Source: Spirochaetia bacterium
GTDB lineage: Bacteria; Spirochaetota; Spirochaetia; SZUA-6; Bin103
Assembly: GCA_965198005.1 (NCBI GenBank)
Contig: CBDAOI010000004.1
Span: forward strand, 1,984,001 to 2,048,000
Direction: 5' to 3'
DNA: 64,000 nt
Part shown: in pieces, positions 60,617 to 64,000 of the stretch
Position numbering within the stretch: position 1 is the first letter of the stretch
How the letters are laid out: each line of letters opens with the position of its first letter
Made by a program: the position numbers and the translations under genes
The notes under the pieces: model-generated
Databases searched by the model: none
Told to the model about the DNA's origin: nothing
The model's input: only the letters and a program-made list of their open reading frames with translations

Positions 60617-61579
60617 TCATACCGCCCGCTGCTGGCCGGTGCCTGCGTCGTAGCGACCCGAGCCACCCCTGAGCCGTGGATCCAGCAAGTCGCGCACGGC
60701 GTCGCCGAAGTTGTTCAGGCAATACACCGTAATGGTGAGTGCCAGCCCCGGCCACAGCGCGAGGTGCGGCGCCTGTTCCATGTACCGCCGTCCCTCTCTG
60801 CTTAACAGCCCGCCCCAACTCGGAACCTCGATCGGCAACCCAAAGCCGAGGAAGCTCAACGACGCCTCGCTGATGATGACGCCACCGATGTTGATGCTGA
60901 AGATGACCACCAACACCGGCGCGATATTGGGAATCACGTGGCGCAGAATCGTTCTGGCCGTGGGACTGCCCACCGTCTGGGCCGCCTGAAAGTACACGTT
61001 CTCGCGCACACCGATCACCGCACCGCGCACCACCCGTGAGCCAACGATGCCGCCAGACACGCCGAGGGTGATGATGATCTGCGGCACGCCGCGGCCCACG
61101 ATCGACATGATCGTCAGCAGCAGCAGCAGGCCGGGGAAGGCCATCCAGGCATCGACGAACCGTTGCGTGACCAGGTCGAGTCTCCCACCGATGAATCCTG
61201 AGACACCGCCAATCAGCAGGGCTACCACGACGTTGAGCGCGGTCGCTGAGAGGCCGACGAACAGCGACAGCCGGGCGCCGAAGATGATCCGAGTAAGGAA
61301 GTCGCGGCCCAGATGGTCGGTACCCAGCACGTGCTCCACTGACGTACCTTGCAGCCGGTTCTTCGCGTTGATTTCGAAGAAGTCGTAGGGCGCCAGCACA
61401 TCGGCAAAGATGCTCACGAAGACGAGCACCACGACTATCGCCGCGCTCACCGCCCCGAGCGGCTTCTCTCTGACCAGCCGAATCAGGAACCGTCGCGCGG
61501 CCCGCGCAGCCCCGGCCGCTGGCTGACCTTTCCTCGGCGCATTTCCCGGCGCGGTGTCGTTCGGACTCGCGTCACTCAT
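60617..61579 (-). CDS. ABC transporter permease, DppC/OppC type
   Basis: Paralog of 51578-52546. Confidence 0.93.
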   Translation of the reverse strand: MSDASPNDTAPGNAPRKGQPAAGAARAARRFLIRLVREKPLGAVSAAIVVVLVFVSIFADVLAPYDFFEINAKNRLQGTSVEHVLGTDHLGRDFLTRIIFGARLSLFVGLSATALNVVVALLIGGVSGFIGGRLDLVTQRFVDAWMAFPGLLLLLTIMSIVGRGVPQIIITLGVSGGIVGSRVVRGAVIGVRENVYFQAAQTVGSPTARTILRHVIPNIAPVLVVIFSINIGGVIISEASLSFLGFGLPIEVPSWGGLLSREGRRYMEQAPHLALWPGLALTITVYCLNNFGDAVRDLLDPRLRGGSGRYDAGTGQQRAV

Positions 61580-61592
61580 TCCTGTGACCGCA

Positions 61593-62546
61593 CTACTGGT
61601 AACGCACCCGCGGGTCCAGATAGACATACAACAGATCGATGAGCAGGTTGATCAGCAGGACCCCGGTGCCAAAGAACAGGTTCACTCCGGAGACGACTGG
61701 GTAGTCGCGATCCTCCAGCGCCACCAGCATCAGCTGCCCCATGCCAGGCAGGTTGAACATTGTCTCGATGATCACCGACCCGCCCACCAGCAGCGGCACC
61801 GCCAGGCCGATGGCGGACAACACGGGGATCATCGCGTTCTTGACGGCGTGGCGAAGAACGACCATCCGCTCGCGCAGCCCCTTGGCCCACGCCGTGCGTA
61901 CGTAGTCCTGGCGCAGCACCTCGAGCATCATCGTGCGGGTGATGCGCATCGTTCCAGCCGAGAGGGCGGTTCCGAGGATGATGCTGGGGATGATGAAGAC
62001 GCCCAGGCTCTCCCACGGATTATCGAGGAACCTCACCATGATGATGGGCAGTGACCGGTCCCACCATAGCGCGGGGTAGATGATCACCATCAGGGCCAGC
62101 CAGAAGTTGGGTGTGGCCAACCCCAGCACCGCCACCGTTCTGCCTGCGAAGTCGCCGGCGGTGTCCTGACGAATCGCCGAGTAGATGCCGACCGGCAGGG
62201 CAATGACCATCGCGATGCTCAGCGCCATCAAACCCAGTTGGAACGTCGGTCCCACGCGCCTCCAGATCTTGGCTTCGACGGTGTCCTTGCCGAGCAGGGA
62301 ATCGCCCAGCGTGCCGCGCAGGAGGATGTCGCCGAGCCAGCGAACGTACTGGATATGGATCGGCTGATCGATCCCGAGGATCCGCTCCAACTGCTCGCGG
62401 TCGAGGGACGAGAGGGAGTTCGTCCGACTCTGCATGGCGTCGATGATGTCTCCGGGAATGAAGCGGACCGAGAGGAACACCAACGCGCTGAGGATCAACA
62501 GGGTGGGCACCATCAGCAGGAGTCTCCTGATCACGTAGGCTCGCAA
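61593..62546 (-). CDS. ABC transporter permease, DppB/OppB type
   Basis: Paralog of 52559-53515. Confidence 0.93.
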   Translation of the reverse strand: MRAYVIRRLLLMVPTLLILSALVFLSVRFIPGDIIDAMQSRTNSLSSLDREQLERILGIDQPIHIQYVRWLGDILLRGTLGDSLLGKDTVEAKIWRRVGPTFQLGLMALSIAMVIALPVGIYSAIRQDTAGDFAGRTVAVLGLATPNFWLALMVIIYPALWWDRSLPIIMVRFLDNPWESLGVFIIPSIILGTALSAGTMRITRTMMLEVLRQDYVRTAWAKGLRERMVVLRHAVKNAMIPVLSAIGLAVPLLVGGSVIIETMFNLPGMGQLMLVALEDRDYPVVSGVNLFFGTGVLLINLLIDLLYVYLDPRVRYQ

Positions 62547-62600
62547 CTAAGTTCCTCCGCTGATGGGGTGGCAGCGGATCTGCCACCCCACCGTTACCGA

Positions 62601-64000
62601 CTAATTGACGTATTGGTCGCGAAGCTGCTCGTCGATCCAGAGTCGAGCGTAGATCACCGCCCCAGTATCATTGAAGCCGAGGGACAGCTCGCCGTTGAAG
62701 CCAACGATCCACGGCTGATGGACCACCCAATGGGTAGTGCGCGGCGACCACAGGTACCAGTGCAGCTCGGTCAGGTACATATCGGCCTCTTTTGAGAGCC
62801 GGGTGTACTCCTCGAGGTCCGTCGTCGAGAGAGCGGCGTCGATCAGCGCTTCCAACTTCGGATCGCTGCCCCCGGGGATGTTCCAGGTCGCGTCGGTATA
62901 GCTTACGATGCGGAGCAAGCTTGCCGGACTCATTGTGGTGTGCCCGACTTCGCGGGCGGTCAGCCCCTCCGCCGCGCCACTGCGTGCGTGCGCCCCGAAG
63001 GCTGCGCCGTCCGTAAAAGTGTTGATCTCCACCGCGACGCCGATGTCGCGCCAGTACGCCGCCTGCAGCTCCTCGAAGCCGAGATCGCGGCTCTGGTTCG
63101 AGTCGTAGGGGACCGTGAAGCGGATGCCGTCGGCGCCGCGTGGATAGCCCGCCTCGTCCAGCAGCCGCTCGGCGCCCTCCGGGTCATAGCTGTAGTAGCC
63201 CTGCAGCTCGGGCGGCCACTCCTCGAACGGCGTGTGATACGGTCCCGAGGTTACGCCGATCATGCCCTCCGGCTTCCAATCCGCGTGCCCGTTGAAGTAG
63301 TCGTTGTTCATGGTCTCGAGGTCGAGGGCCATCTGCATCGCGTGGCGCACCCGGATGTCGTTGAACGGCTCCATGGTGACCGCGAGGCCGACGCTCGTTT
63401 CGGAGCGGAACTGCCGCTTGTGGTACGCCAGCTCGGGATTGCTGGCCTGCAGGCTCACGATCTCGTCGGTCGAGGTGATAAACGCGGTGCCGGCCCCGTC
63501 GAGAAAGTCGATCTTGCGGGCACGGACGGCCGCGAGGCGGGCAGCCGGCTCCCTTATCACTACGCCCTGGACGCTGTCGATGTAGGGCAGCCGGTTCTCC
63601 GGGAACTTCTCGTCGAAGTCCCAGTAGTTGTCGACCCGTTCCCAGGTCAAGAGGCTGCCCTCTACCCAGTCGACCAGCTGGAATGGTCCGGTGCCGACGT
63701 TGACGCGATAGTCCTGCACGTCACCGTGCTGTTCGATCACCTCCGGCGCGTAGATCTGCCCGTTTTCTACGGTGAAGATGATGTCGCGCAGCGGCTCGAG
63801 CAGTGGGCGGGTGAACTTGAACACCACGGTGCGGTCGTCGGTGGCGGTCACCGACGCGAACTGCCCGGAGAGAGCTCCGGCGAGCTCCGGCGAGACCTCG
63901 GTGAAACCACTTCCCAGGCCCAGAAGCCGGTGAAAGTTGTACTCGATGTCCTTGGCAGTCAGTTTGCGCCCGTTCACCGGCGGCTTGTCGTGCCAGAAGA
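62601..64000 (-). CDS. ABC substrate-binding protein family 5, 5' end outside the window
   Basis: Paralog of 53577-55394. Confidence 0.92.
   Translation of the reverse strand, partial: FWHDKPPVNGRKLTAKDIEYNFHRLLGLGSGFTEVSPELAGALSGQFASVTATDDRTVVFKFTRPLLEPLRDIIFTVENGQIYAPEVIEQHGDVQDYRVNVGTGPFQLVDWVEGSLLTWERVDNYWDFDEKFPENRLPYIDSVQGVVIREPAARLAAVRARKIDFLDGAGTAFITSTDEIVSLQASNPELAYHKRQFRSETSVGLAVTMEPFNDIRVRHAMQMALDLETMNNDYFNGHADWKPEGMIGVTSGPYHTPFEEWPPELQGYYSYDPEGAERLLDEAGYPRGADGIRFTVPYDSNQSRDLGFEELQAAYWRDIGVAVEINTFTDGAAFGAHARSGAAEGLTAREVGHTTMSPASLLRIVSYTDATWNIPGGSDPKLEALIDAALSTTDLEEYTRLSKEADMYLTELHWYLWSPRTTHWVVHQPWIVGFNGELSLGFNDTGAVIYARLWIDEQLRDQYVN

Noticed and set aside
50091-60653. Long + strand ORFs (e.g. 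50091-51635, 59082-60653) and many Arg/Pro-rich ORFs in the track
   Set aside because: Antisense or alternate-frame shadows of real GC-rich genes

Overview
GC-rich, heavily rearranged bacterial accessory region. The host is probably a Spirochaetota symbiont (inferred from the 'WAAGAEEA' / 'FAGGGGES' solute-binding-protein leaders); no core or rRNA genes are present. The centre is an integrative-element core of XerD-like tyrosine recombinase + primase/P-loop helicase-like gene + divergent XRE HTH (11.3-15.1 kb). It is bracketed by two inverted copies of a DprA/SLOG-fold gene, and a third HTH-SLOG copy opens the window. Outward from the SLOG genes runs a mosaic non-coding repeat family: a 14-bp-stem hairpin, a 35-bp imperfect palindrome and tandem 110-145 bp units, most carrying a TTGAC(A)-type promoter-like motif. 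These arrays point into cargo: family-5 (Dpp/Opp-type) ABC operons and a low-GC epimerase-aldolase pair. The three SBP genes whose 5' ends are visible share a leader with a Shine-Dalgarno-led 11-aa uORF, M(I/V)LKEP(H/W)ARAA*, followed by two predicted tandem pseudoknots. The rest comprises IS66, IS21, IS4 and ISAzo13 elements, an ORF-less group II intron plus intron remnants, a dense cluster of intact and decayed toxin-antitoxin genes, CRTAC1-like FG-GAP/ASPIC proteins and many pseudogene fragments. Frameshifts and perfect tandem duplications may partly be assembly errors.
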